A model generated the notes under the pieces. It saw nothing but the letters and a program-made list of their open reading frames with translations, searched no databases and was not told the origin of the DNA. Made by a program: the position numbers and the translations under genes. 64,000 nucleotides of DNA from Trichosphaerium sp. ATCC 40318 (lineage: Eukaryota > Protista > Tubulinea): contig JALMLS010000537.1 of NCBI GenBank assembly GCA_038496445.1, forward strand, positions 18,320 through 82,319, given 5' to 3'. Of the stretch, positions 23,223 to 36,131 are shown in pieces. The first letter of the stretch is position 1. Every line of letters starts with the position of its first letter.

Positions 23223-26200
23223 ATGAATTGGTTACAATCGCCACTAGTATACACCCTAGGTACTATGAGAATAAACAGAACATTGCGATCTTTTATTTTT
23301 ACAAAGTGTGTTCTTTTGCCGACATTCTTCGGAATAGCAGTGTGGCTAATGTACGTACCCAGGGTATTGTATACTCATTATCATATATTCAAATCCAACT
23401 ATGGGGATTCGGAATGGTAATACCATTGTAGTGGGTATGAGCTACCCTCAGAACTCTACAATTGAGCTTTGGGTACAAATACTATTTTTCAGCTGTCATT
23501 TTTTTCCCAACTAACGGCCATTGTTTGCTTTAGAATATACGTGGACATGCTACATTTAAAGGAGTCGAATTCTGGAAGAACAGTGTAAATAAAAACGGAG
23601 GCATCAATATTGCTGGTCGGAACTATTCGGTACTGAGCTTCAACCAACCTCGGAGTTTTTTTGTTGCTTGTTTACTCTACACCAGGTGGAAGTTGAAGCG
23701 CTTGGAGACGATTTTGAAAGCACCACAATTGTAAATAACTATAAAATCCTCTTAGAAAACCCTGAAGTAGATTATCTCCTTGGTACAACTTGCCGTTTTA
23801 AGCACACCTGTGACCGAAAACGTTTTATAAAACGACATCAATAGTTTTTCTAATTTTTCACTTAAACAAGGTCCCCTTGGTTCTGTACACAGTGTTAAGG
23901 TGGCTGAGGAAGTAACTGAACCTGCAAATAGACTGTTGATAGGTATGACTGCATCAACAGATGAGTTTGCGCTTAGCGGTAAGCATTCTTTTGGCGTTCT
24001 TCCAATAAACTCAAGGTGCATACCAACAACTATTTGTAAGCGCATTTTGCTAATTAACAACAAACAGATTGACTCATGTTACCATACCTTTTCTACGAAC
24101 AAACGGATTTAAATCAGCGACCTACCTTATATTGAATCAACACGGAAGTATTGCATGTAATGGTTTTACACGAATAGTACGAAAAAAGTAAACTTTGTTG
24201 CCTTTTTTTACAAAGTGTACAACCATGTTGTTTGCACTAACCAGTAAGTAATAGGGACGCGAGAACGGTATTGAGAACATAACGTCGTTCTATGTTAGTG
24301 ATAAGGATACTCCACTAAATGCACAGAACTGGACAGACACTTTAAAGGTAATGTATAGCTTACTATTTGTTTACTCAATTGTCTTCATAGGCTATCATAG
24401 AAACTGATAGTGATGTACTTTTTAGTTGCGGCGGTTTAAATCAAGCACCTCTTGGATTTATGCTTCCACTCATGAAAGAAGCTGACTGGACCCCGAAACT
24501 ACTTGTTGTTATTCCTTTCTTTTTAACATCCTTTGATACAAGTCTACTCAACTACATCACTGGCATAAGAGCAGTAAGACCGTCAATACAACGTTTCTTA
24601 CTGGGTATTTAACGTTCTGTGTTAGCTGTATAGCAATTCAAGAAGGCGAGGAGACTTCTATGGAACAACAATGGATTTTTCAGATGAATTTGATAAACTA
24701 GCACCAGAGGTAACAGGTGAAGCTAGAATGATAGCAGGCGCATGTACTTTGTCTGTAACGATGCTACAAAAAGCTCTTGAAGTATGTCAAAATATCTAGT
24801 TACCTTGTTAACTTAGCAATTAAATAGGCATCTTTCAGCACCAATGATACAGATGTTATTACATCACTCAAAACACTAGATATCAACACATTTCTTGGGC
24901 GGGTACGCTGACTCTCAGGATGTTTTCTTGAGGAGCAAACACATGCTAATTTAAGCTAGATACGCTTTTCGCCAAATAATGAACAACTTTCAGATGCTAC
25001 ATGGGGTCAATTGATTCACAATAGCGAAGAAGTTGTTGGTCCTCTGTTGAGTGCATCAAAAGAACTTGTCGTTCCTATGCCAACATGGAAAGAACGGATA
25101 TTTTCGCCCAAATTTGGTAACAAACACTTTTATTAGTTACATGTTCTTGTTTCTAATTTGTAATCGTAGGTGATAGTGTATATGAATGGATTGTCCTGGC
25201 AGCGGTTCTGTTAGCATGTATGCTAACTTCACTATTTGGAGTTTATATTATTATGTACAAAGATAGATTTCAATGTATGCAAATCACGTGGCTTTTTCAA
25301 ATTCTCATTTTTTTCTTCTCGTTCAAAAAGATTGTCGCCATAATGTTTGTTAATTCTTTGATCCAGATTCATCTCCTTTTTTCATGGTTGGCATAATTCT
25401 TGGAGCAAACTTGATATACTTTAGTACACTATTCGGTACACCAAACAGTAGCAGTACAGCGTCTTGTCATGCACAGAACTGGTTATATTTTTTGGGCATC
25501 AACATTATGTTTGGGTACTAATCCGCTAGTTTCTCATGTACGCCTCTAATCCTGTTGTATGAAAAAGATGCCTTTCCGCTAAATCATGGCGAGTGTATTA
25601 CATCTTTAAAGCTTCAAAAACGTTACAAAGGATAAAAATTACAGATCTTGAGGTAGTTGTTTATGTCGGGGTATTTTGCTCTGTTTGTTTGGTATGCTTT
25701 TTTCTGTTGTTCTATACTCTAGCTCCCACTAACTTGTTTTATTTTCAATAGATATTATGTATAAGTTATAGCGCACTACTAAAGCCATCAGAAATCGTTG
25801 TCATAGACCAATACCGAGTATCAAAGAACTTTTATGAGTGCACATTATCTCTTGCTGGAACTGTGATTTTAGCACTACAACGAGTTGCTATTGTATGGCC
25901 TTGTGCATCTGCTTTTAGAATACTGACTATTTTCCTAGATTGCCGCTATGCTTGTTGGTACTATCACAGCAACACTTATTCGTAAAGTACCTGCCAATAT
26001 TTTTAACGAATCAAAGGTACTGAGAAAACAAAAAGTAAAATTGACATTGTTCTTAGGTATTAGGATACTCAATCTATAGTATGACACTCTTCACTTTGAT
26101 TGGAACTATATCATTCTACACTATAACTTCAAATACTGCTGTTGGTCAACGATATGTCATACACTCACTATGTGCAATTCTGAGTGCAGGTGCGTAGCTC

Positions 26201-26535
26201 ATAAATAAGTTCATAAAAGAGAAGTACTTTGCTTTTTCTGTAAACACAATTAATGTATTTACACGAGTGATGATCAGTAGCTTGACGTATTTTCATGAGT
26301 GTTGTGATAAGTAATCTGTACTAAAACTGTTATAGGTCTTTGTGTTCTTGCAATGTTTGTTCTTTCAAAGAACAGCTCAAATAAAAGAAATACACTTTCT
26401 GTGAGCAGACCGGACTTGATGGATGAACAACTTTCTGAGTTTGAATTGGACAAAGAAAAGCATATTACTAACCTGACAAAAGACTTACGAAAACTGCAAC
26501 AAATGCTGGAGCAAGAAAGAAAAACAGATAAATAA
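23223..26535 (+). CDS. Class C (family 3) GPCR-like: type-1 periplasmic-binding ectodomain + 7TM + C-terminal coiled coil (copy A)
   Basis: GVEFWKNSVNKNGGINIAG, VDYLLG|PLGS, FSPNNEQ..VVPMPTWKERIF, SSPFFMVGIILG, KSWRVYYIF, IRKVPANIFNESK. Start codon uncertain. Confidence 0.8.
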
Positions 26536-27103
26536 AACTGCTTTTCTCTTCGAAAACAAATCCAGGTCTTCCAAATTTGCTCCAAAATGGAAGCTTGATT
26601 CATATCAATATCTCTTTGTACCTCTTTAATACCATTACACTCAGTTACAGATATAGTAATGGGATCGGCTATCCCTGCGGCTGGTGTTGTGAGTACCTGT
26701 TGAACAAAAAGAACGATCATAGACTGCTATGCAGCCTAGTCAAGGTTTATATAGAGCTTTTCCCTAACGGCAGAACTCACCTCTGTATCGGACCTTATAA
26801 TTTTCTTGGCCCAGACCGAGTTCCTAAGTTAATTACGTGCTACTTACGAGGACATGCTGGCTAATGTAACGATTCAAGCTTTCACACTACGTCGGATTAA
26901 GATGGAACTTTTGACTATTCCACCTCGCAATGCATACACCCACTAAGCTAGACGGAGGACTCCCTTAAATGTTTTCGACCAAATGGCTAGGAAGCCCCAC
27001 GCGTGGTGCACACACTGCAACTACTACAATTTAACAACTATTTTCGTTTCATTTTATACCCATAAAAACTACTCACAAATTAATTGTGGGATACAGAGTG
27101 TAT

Positions 27104-27440
27104 TTCACTGAAAATTCTATTGCAATTACTCAAATATGGATAATGCACATTTCAAAACGCTCTTAAAGGCTTGTGATAGATATTTACACGCGTGGAAACC
27201 TTAACAGCGAAGTTTTGGTTCAAAAAACGTGCAACTAAACGATAACTTCTGTTTTCTGGTTGTTGAAGCACTTCACTGAAATAACTGTTGTAATTACTCA
27301 AATACGGATAATGCACATGTACAATAGCCACAAACCCTTGCGCTGGCTATTTGCACCCTTAGATAACCTTAGCGACAATGTTTTGGTTCGCAAAACGTGC
27401 AACTAAACGAGAACTTTTTTCAGTGATTGTTAATAGCTTT
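27104..27440. repeat. Imperfect direct tandem duplication, period 168 bp, 2 copies
   Basis: TTCACTGAAA..AATTACTCAAATA.GGATAATGCACAT at 27104 and 27272; GTTTTGGTTC..AAAACGTGCAACTAAACGA at 27212 and 27380. Confidence 0.85.
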
Positions 27441-27879
27441 TCCCTGCATAATAAAAAAGACACCACGTGATCAAATCTATCAATGCGACCTGCTAAATAA
27501 GGGCGTGGCATGTTCAATATGCTATAATCATGCATTAGAGTAGCATGAACTGTTTCAAACCTTCCACAGTGAAGGACAAGCGAAAAACGAAGTAAATTGC
27601 ATGAAGGAATCAAAGCTCTTATGGACCATACACTTGGCGTTAATGTATTTGACGAGCAAAGTATTTTTGGTCTAAAAGGTCTTTTATGCAGTGCATAACT
27701 TCTCGTCATGAACTGCTACAATCACTTCATACTTTGAGTGCTCGCAGTTGATTAATTGATTCTTTACTTTGCATACCATATCATTATAAACCGGACTTTT
27801 TTGAAGTTGGCATTGTGTAACGACTCCAGCAACTGAAGTCGAGACAGTTTCTTACGTAATTTGGAAGCACGAGATAGAT

Positions 27880-28260
27880 GTAATATTGGCTGATATCATA
27901 CACTTGGTACAGATGATGGGGTATCAAGGAACTGAAAGGTGTTTATAAGATAAACTTGTACACCTGTATATTACAGATGATGGTGTAAAGGTACTCAGGA
28001 GTTCATACTTTTTAACTTTCTGAAAGATCCGTGATAGATGTATCCGACACTTCAAGTGTACTATTTCGCTTGAAAGTACTTCTGTTACAGACAAAGGCAT
28101 CATGGCACTTTTAGGCCTTCATATCATTACCCTTAGTCGCACTTCTGTTACACTTATTCTAAGCTGCACTTAAGGGTACGGGCGAAGGTATAAAATCACT
28201 GTCGGGATGCTTGATATTAGTACCGTTTGCGTAATAGATTGAATCTCTCCAATTGCGTAG
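27880..28260 (+). pseudogene. Frameshifted LRR (F-box/LRR family) relic
   Basis: Fragments LKGVYKINL, ITDDGVKVL and TISLESTSVTDKGIMALLGLHIITLSRTSVT lie in different frames. Same LRR style as 12454-13323. Confidence 0.65.
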
Positions 28261-28744
28261 GCAACTTTGGCCACATATAGGACCCAACTAGATTCTGGAT
28301 GAGTATTTCCAGACATGGACTGGCTTCGCTCTCAAAAAACCCAAGCTGTCGGTTGTTATCCGACTAGATATTGCCACCTTATTTGCTTGAATGGAGTCAT
28401 CTAATTGACATAGTCTATTTCACGTGAGTGATTTCAACTAATTGGCACAACCAACATCATTTGTTCGCAACAAGGATTATATTGTCCAATCCTTTGTTAG
28501 AACAATCGTTTTTCTGACAAGTTTTTCTTTTAACTAACTGTTGGTTTTCGAGTTCAGTAAGATCGATCTTGCAAGTCTTGTTCATTCTTACAAGATATGA
28601 GAGTTTTTTTCAAAAGTAGGAGATACAACGTGTGAAATGTGATCCACTAGCGATGCTTTTTTTGAAGTGAGAGCCAATTAACTACAAGTTTGGAAAAAAA
28701 AACGCAAACAGGTATTGCTGGTGTCGCTATTAACGTCAATAAAC

Positions 28745-30762
28745 ATGTCACGTGATCTCATTTTAATATTTCTACTTTTTCAATTATTGGAAGTGTCTAG
28801 AGGTACGTAAATCGCTGCATATTAATCATACGTCGCGTGTAGCTTACTTTTGAGAAAAATCTCTCAGGGCAATCTTTCACGGCACAAGTTTCGGTCGCTT
28901 TTGATATAGACACGTGCGAGGACGTACAATTAGAACCGTCTAGTACTTCTAATGAAAGCTTCGCTTTGATAAAGTACACTGGTTATCATGTTATCTGTAC
29001 GTTGGTGCTAAAGGCATTTGTGCTCATGTTTCGTCCATTGTAGTTAATATTTTGAATGCTCATGTCTTTTTCACCGCAACGCTTCGAAACACAGCTGGTT
29101 CTATACATGAGATGATAACAGAGTGGTCAGCGGATACAACCTGGACATCGTATCCAAAAAACGGGCCGGGTACTTTTTTTTTTTCGGGTATTTATGTACT
29201 GCCTTTTGGATTAAAGTAAATAGTTGCTGGTGTTGATTATGTCCCTGATGCTATTACAACGTACTCTGCACTTTCTGCTGGCGAAAGATTAAAAGTAAAC
29301 GCTACCACGCAAGCAAGGAAATGGAAGGCTACAAGGGCTAATCATGGTTGGCTCATTAAAAGCAGTACGGCATTATTGCAAGCCAAACACTTTTTTTTTT
29401 TAAACATCACGTGTTTAAGGTAGCGGCAATGTCTCCAATCATTTCTTTTGGTGTGATGCATATAAACCATTCAGGCCAACAGTTACAATTGAGGATCTCT
29501 TTCCGTTTGAAGTTGTTGGATACACTTATGAAGATCCACGCACGTGCTTTTGATTAACTTGGTTTACTGACAAGCTTTTTAGTTGGTAACCAAGAGTATC
29601 CTCCTCCGTACATTGCTTACACACGCCTTTGTGCTTTTATTGAAAGCGTAGAGGGCTATGATCAATATGTCGAAGCAGCTGTGAAGGATGGTTTTATGGT
29701 AATGAATGGCCGTCTTGTTGAAACCACACAAGTCCCCGCTATAAACAACACAATACGCAAGTTGATTATTCTTGAGATTATCTATCATTTTAACTTTCAG
29801 CCGTAGATGGATTTTGTTTGACTGTACCTCCTGGACTAAATACAGAAACAGTGATCCTTGGTCTTCGGTACACCTCAACGTTTTATTGTGACTGACCAAG
29901 AGAGCAGTCAGAATACTTTTAATGTGATGTGGGAACCTCTAGCATACACAACGAAACTTCCAGATGAGATTGGTAAGTATACATAAATCCCAGTTTTTCT
30001 CACGCGTTTTCAAGGTTGTCAAAAATTCGGTTGTGAGAATAGTACAGTTGTTATAAACGGTACTTTAGAGGGTGAGATATTCGGATCTTCTACGAGTATA
30101 GTGATTATCAATGATGTCATAATTAATGGAAACTTCAATGTACGAGGTAAGTGTAGGATTCATCATTGTGAAACTTAGAACAACTATTAGGATCGATCAC
30201 TATCGAATCAAACGAAACTGTGGTGACAGTTAATGGATGTATAGCAGCTACTGATGGTATAAAAGTAATATTAGATAACAGAACATACGTAGACGGCGAA
30301 GTTGTGACCCAAGTGTTCACACAGTGTAAATTGCAAGTAGGTGATTTCGTTAGTGTCAAAAAGTTAAGTTTGCTCTAGAATACAACTGTTGAGTTTTTTG
30401 GTGGAACTACATCTGTACGTACTATCCGTTCCTATACTATCTCTAATACTATGATAATAGAAAGCATGCGAGAGAATAGAAGCTGTAGAGACTTCTAATG
30501 CGAGAGGTTTTGCATTGGCAATATCCATCAATACAAATGATTGCAGAACTAAGACAGACGGAGTTAACTTGAATGTTGTAATACTCTCTGTTGTAGGAGG
30601 TGTTATTTTAGTGTCTTTGATAATTGCAGTAGTTCTATACGGTCATAGGTACATGATAAGGTCTTCTTTACATTGTATTAAACAGTAATTAGGCTATATT
30701 ACCTAAAAGGATACTCAATTTCTAAGATTATTGCCAGAAGTGATTCCACAAGCAGTGACTGA
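28745..30762 (+). CDS. Type I membrane protein with DNRLRE/CBM96-like N-terminal domain
   Basis: Signal peptide MSRDLILIFLLFQLLEVSR; ESFALIKY..IHEMITEWSADTTW..VNATTQARKWKATRANHGWLIK..RPTVTI; Cys-containing stalk; TM VVILSVVGGVILVSLIIAVVLY. Confidence 0.55.
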
Positions 30763-31489
30763 GTGGTAGGAACCCCTTGAAATTGTAGTCAAGATAGCCT
30801 ACATCAATAAAGACACGTGGGTCCCAACTTATATCTTCTTTTGATTCAACTGACCAACGTATTTTATTGTGATTTTTTACAATGACACAGAAGCACAAGT
30901 TTTAGCCGTTAACACAGTATTCGCGATCTCATTATCGGATTAATGTCAGTACAATACCGTATAAAACAGTGTGAACGTATCAAAAGACTGCTGTAAACAG
31001 ACCAACAACATTTCTTGGGGTTTTTTACTACTTTAGTTCAGACTTTATGTTGGTACTAAAATACTCTCAAGGAGCTAATTTTATTGGTTCCCGTAGAGTA
31101 CATAATTTAAACGTAAGTGTTAACACTATGTAGCACTATTGAAGGTCCTGTCCAAGAAGCACTTGTACATTATCAAATACCGTTCACAGATTGGCAACCG
31201 TGAATACTGATACAAGCCACATCATTGGAGAAGAATGCATTATAAAAGTAAAAGCACGTGATCTGGATCTAGTACCAACAAGTTGTATACATTAAGTACG
31301 TCTATTGGCGACAAAAGGGTTCGAGGCTAAAGAGGTTCACTCCACAGAGTAACTGTCTTTCTATCACGTGCGGATATAGTTAAGTTCTTTACAAAGCAAG
31401 TATTGCTGTGTAACACAAACTTAACACATGATTGGCACAATCGTGCATTACTTTTGTAAAAGAGCCACAACACGCATTGAAGTAGAAAA

Positions 31490-33269
31490 ATGTCGCAACC
31501 GATAAACCGGACAGATATGCTATTGCTGAGCGCAGGTACGAGCTTTTTTCCCTAGATTCCGATTAATATTCATCCTCACGGTACTGTAGCGCGTACCGGG
31601 GATATAACAAGTATCAACGCGCTTGTTAAACGTGGTGCAAGAGTAAATGCTCAGAATAAACTCGGATGGACTGCACTGAACGCTGCAGGTACGAAAACAA
31701 ACCGGTATTACTCTTTCCAACTAACGCTTCACGTGATTAGCCGACTACGGAAAGAAAGGCGCGATAAACGCTTTGATTTCTTCAGGAGCTAATGTACATA
31801 TTGGTGATAACCAAGGGTGGACACCGCTTCACCGTGCAGGTAATAACGTCAATTTTCTGAACATCTATAAAAGATCTTTTGATTGATGTTTTAAAAACGT
31901 TTCTCCACGTTTTTTTGTGTATTTTTTTTTTAGGATTCTTAGCCGTTCTTAGACCTAACAACATCTGTAGCGTTAAAAGGACACGATAAAGCTGTTAAAT
32001 CACTTATTGAAGCAGGTGCTTGGCCTAATTGTGTTGAAGAAAACGGCAAATCAGCTGTGCATTTAGCAGGTCAGTTGTTTATTATTTAAAGTTGGAAGAA
32101 TTTTAACTTTTTTTTACAGCTGCTGGAGGTTACACTGACATTCTATCACAATTACTTAGTGCTGGCGGTAATCCAGATATTAGAGATAAATGCCATAGGT
32201 CACCAGCTCATCTAGCAGGTACTAGTCGGCCATTATTTTAAATCATTCAAAAAAATACATACATTTTAAACAATAATAGCAAAGTTTGGCAATGCTTCGT
32301 CACTTGAGTTGCTTTATCGGCATAATTCCCCTATGGATATTTTAGATAAATTAGGGAACACACCTTTACACATGGCAGGTACGTCTAAGAAAAAAGAAAT
32401 CACGTGCAGAAATTATACGTGAACCAACAAAAAACATTATTTTCTGTACTATTTTTTTGTTTTTTATTTCATTTCTTACGTTCTCCTTATTAGCTGAGGA
32501 AGGAAACTTAAATGTTGTGAAAGTACTTATAAAATGTGATGTTAATCTTAATATACAAAACAAACTAAAGTGCACACCATTGCACCTAGCAGGTAACCTC
32601 AACCAACCCGGCGATAGCTCAGTTTTTTTATTATTTTGGTATTTTTACAAAATCCGTTGATGTTCATTTATATTAGTGAGAAATGGTTATTTACGGATTG
32701 TACAGGCATTAATTGCTTCTGGTGCGAAAGTAGAAATAAAAAATAAGTTGAAGAGAACACCACTTGATCAAGTCGGTACGTGAAACCCTGTTTTTCTACA
32801 ACTACACGCCTTTTTCTTATTTTCTGTGAATTAGCTTCCTCTGTACAATGCACGGACGTCATGGTATCTATGGCTAGACTCCTTTATATTGGAGGAGCCT
32901 CATGGAAAGTTCCTGTAAACGATCAAGATCAGCTACTATGGTGGCAACACCTCAAGTCATTTGTACGTCTTTTTCTTTGATGATTTTTGTCTTGCTTACT
33001 CCTACTACAAGACATATAAACAAATGCGTGTATTTTTATCAGCTGGCGGTATTTCTATATTCAAGTGGCCTCTTATAAAACGACGTGTAGCAACAAAGGG
33101 AATGGTAAGAAAAACCATCTTTTTCTTTCTTTTTTTTTTTTTTTTCATGTCTCACGTGCTTTATTAACAGATTGGCCTTCCATTTCATAAACACCTTGTA
33201 CGCCGAAAAAACTCTCTGCCTAAGAATTCTTTTTTCAGTATCCTAATACACTTGTCTATTGTAGATTAG
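31490..33269 (+). CDS. Ankyrin-repeat protein (at least 7 repeats, one 99-nt exon per repeat)
   Basis: GWTPLHRA, GKSAVHLA, GNTPLHMA, KCTPLHLA. Exons checked in detail: 31590-31688, 31741-31839, 31971-32069, 32677-32775, all 99 nt and phase 1. Confidence 0.9.
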
Positions 33270-33599
33270 TGTTATGCATGATGCTGAAATAAACCCTTAT
33301 AATGACTGGGACTTTAAACGATTTTATGAAGTACCTTGGAATCTATGTCTTCGTGCACATGCACTTGAATGGGCTTGGAGCTCTTTTAAACTTATTAAAC
33401 ACCCTACGAATTTCAAGTACGTTAATTGATAAACAAATAAATAAACACGTGACCACGTGTTTCACACGCACAATTTATTTTTAACCCCAACAATGAGATT
33501 GACTTTTTTTTTTCTTTTAGAACTTACAACTTGATGCAGTGTAAGCAAGCAGCTTCTAAGAACCTCAGTAGTATGACAAGTCTTTTTCATAAATTGAAA

Positions 33600-34741
33600 G
33601 GCGCAGATAAATATAATATAAAGAATGCAACATGGGTTCATAATCATCACATGAGCAAGAGTTTCCAGAGGTTCAAGATTGGTTTCGAAGCAAGAATTTC
33701 GTAAGTTCTTATGTTCTTAGTTCAAATCTCTTTCGCTTTTTCCTATCCATTGACACTCTATCTCTACACATGCTTTATGTGTTGGTGCTCGTACAAGCTT
33801 TAAACTCGTATTCCTGAAAACCATTCGACGGGCACTCTTTTTGTTTATCCATACACACTTAACTCAAACATTCCTTAAGCGCTGCACCTGAGCATTTTGC
33901 AAAGAATGAATGGAAGAATTCGCTAAAAGTATCAGAGAAAGATAAAGTTATGGATTACTACAAAAAGTATGTAAACAAATTTGCTTGGAATGATACAACC
34001 GATGAAGAATCAGTAAGTTTTGAGTTTTTTGAGTAAAAAAATTTGTTAATTTCTTTTAGCTTCCGGTTATTTTGATGGCACGTGGAACAACACGAGAAAA
34101 TGTACCTAAAATATTATCAACAGGTATTTTTTTGTAATCCAGTGTGTTGTATTAAGCTCTATATTAAGGGTTTGGTTCAGTTGCTGATGATGAGAACTTT
34201 AATTTTACTGTTCGTGTTATTGTTTTTTGTCAAATCTTGACTTGTTGTTGACGGCTAGTTTAGACTCACGTGGAATACGCATGTAAAAATATCAAAGAAG
34301 GTGTTCCCGTTATCATAATATGTGCAGTTATTCCAGGCAATGTGTACCCAGTAAGTGCTTGGAAGGATAAAGAAACTAAATAGTTAGTCAAAGATTTATT
34401 TGTACTAGGTCCTCAAAGACTCTGATGAGAGTAATACTGTTGCATGTGCTGTACAGCAACAAGAAATACTAAGACTTGGATCAGCGATACCTAGAGGATA
34501 TCAATCACAATACACTTACGGTATGTGACTTAGCGAGAGCCAGACATTTAAATGACTAAATTTTAAAAAAAATAGCTGAGAAACGTGTTAATGTTGACGA
34601 TCATGACAAGCACGCACATTCTTCTTATGATACAATGTCTCTCCTTCAAGGTACATTAAATATTATTTGCTACAATTTAATTGTATCCTAGATGATCAAG
34701 CGCTTCCTTTGTGGGTTCTTGAAGTTACCAAAAAAAAATAA
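33600..34741 (+). CDS. Degenerate PARP-fold ADP-ribosyltransferase-like protein (likely inactive)
   Basis: HFAKNEW..LPVILMARGTT.ENVPKILSTGFG..EYA..PVIIICAVIPGNVYP..GYQSQYT..YDTMSLL..QALPLWVL. The 5' end is unclear. Confidence 0.55.
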
Positions 34742-34914
34742 TCAGAACAAAAAATCTATAAAATACAATCGTCATTATGGCTAAGATAGCCACTTTACTC
34801 CGGTGGCATTCGATAATAAATACCGCGTTGCATCTAGCTCTAAACTTATTCAATTTGCTTTTTGAAAGGATTTAACTTGAAGCGCATGATGAGTCCAACT
34901 TCACATTATTTGTA

Positions 34915-35743
34915 TCAAAAAACAACTGTGTTCATTTCAACATCATACTCATCTACAGGTACTTTGTCTACTATCTGCTCTTTAAAACATATTCCCATAA
35001 GCTTTGGCTTTGGCCAGTTATTTTTTGAAGCAACATCGAAGTACTTAGACAGCCATCTATACGAGTTAATTGATGTGAATGAAAAAAGAATTTTGATTAA
35101 AAAAGTACCTATCATAGTAACCTTTGCCTCGTCCCAAACGTCTATTACCACTATCAAAAGCCAACCCAGGCACTATTATAAGATCTACTGGGTGTTTATA
35201 ATCCAATGCATTATCTCTAGGGACTCCTGGAGAGACTTCTGGCTTAGGTTCGCTAAAACATGTCAAAACAAAATTTTACGGGTTTTTTCAGAAGTTTGTA
35301 CGGAATGCCCCAACGGTTGATCTCAAATGACTTGTAATCAGCTACACTATTAATACGATAGAAATTAAGATCAGTTGGACTCTCTATAAGTGGAACAAAG
35401 ACTGTTTTGCCGGATTCTACAGGAAATCGTTTAATCGCTTATAATATGATTTAAAAACCAGCGCAGACTTATTCACTACGCATGGAACGGCCATTAAAGC
35501 ACTTTTGGCTGAATACAAGAAAATTGATAACTAACCTGACGCTAATATTTCTTCGAGTATTCTGTTCGTAGGTACTTCAACAGGCATAGAGACGTAACAA
35601 ACGATAACTTTACTGTCTTTAAACTCTTTTGAACTGAGTATTTTAGTTTGAAGCTCATTGCCTTGTTTTTCAATATCCGATGGTGTCAATCCCTTCAAAC
35701 GCTTCCTTACTTGCTTGCGAAGCGCTCTCTTTGCCACACGCAT
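34915..35743 (-). CDS. MTHFS: 5-formyltetrahydrofolate cyclo-ligase
   Basis: [30 protein letters not shown]|[45 protein letters not shown]. Confidence 0.92.
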
Positions 35744-36131
35744 GATTTCAACGTTTGATGCGAAAAATACTGTTGTGGAAATGAGCTGACTCGGAAAGCA
35801 GTGACCGCCAGCCCGCAAATCCATATAATCAAAGTCTACCAAAATCTGTGCGACCACTGTCCCAGATGCTGTTGCACGCTCTGTCGCCCACACGCACAAT
35901 TGGTTACAAATATTGACAAACTGGACAAACTGCCTGTATCTCATTTTTTTCCGGTGAAGTTTATAGCTTCCAGTTTTACCAGCAGCCAACATACCCTGTA
36001 AAATACTTTGTATTGCTACAGTTTACATAAATATTTGCTTACAGTACACATTGGCCTTGGGTGCTTGTAACAAACAAAAAAAAAAAGAAAAAAATTCGGA
36101 GAAGTCAATATTTCTCAATACTCGCATTCAA

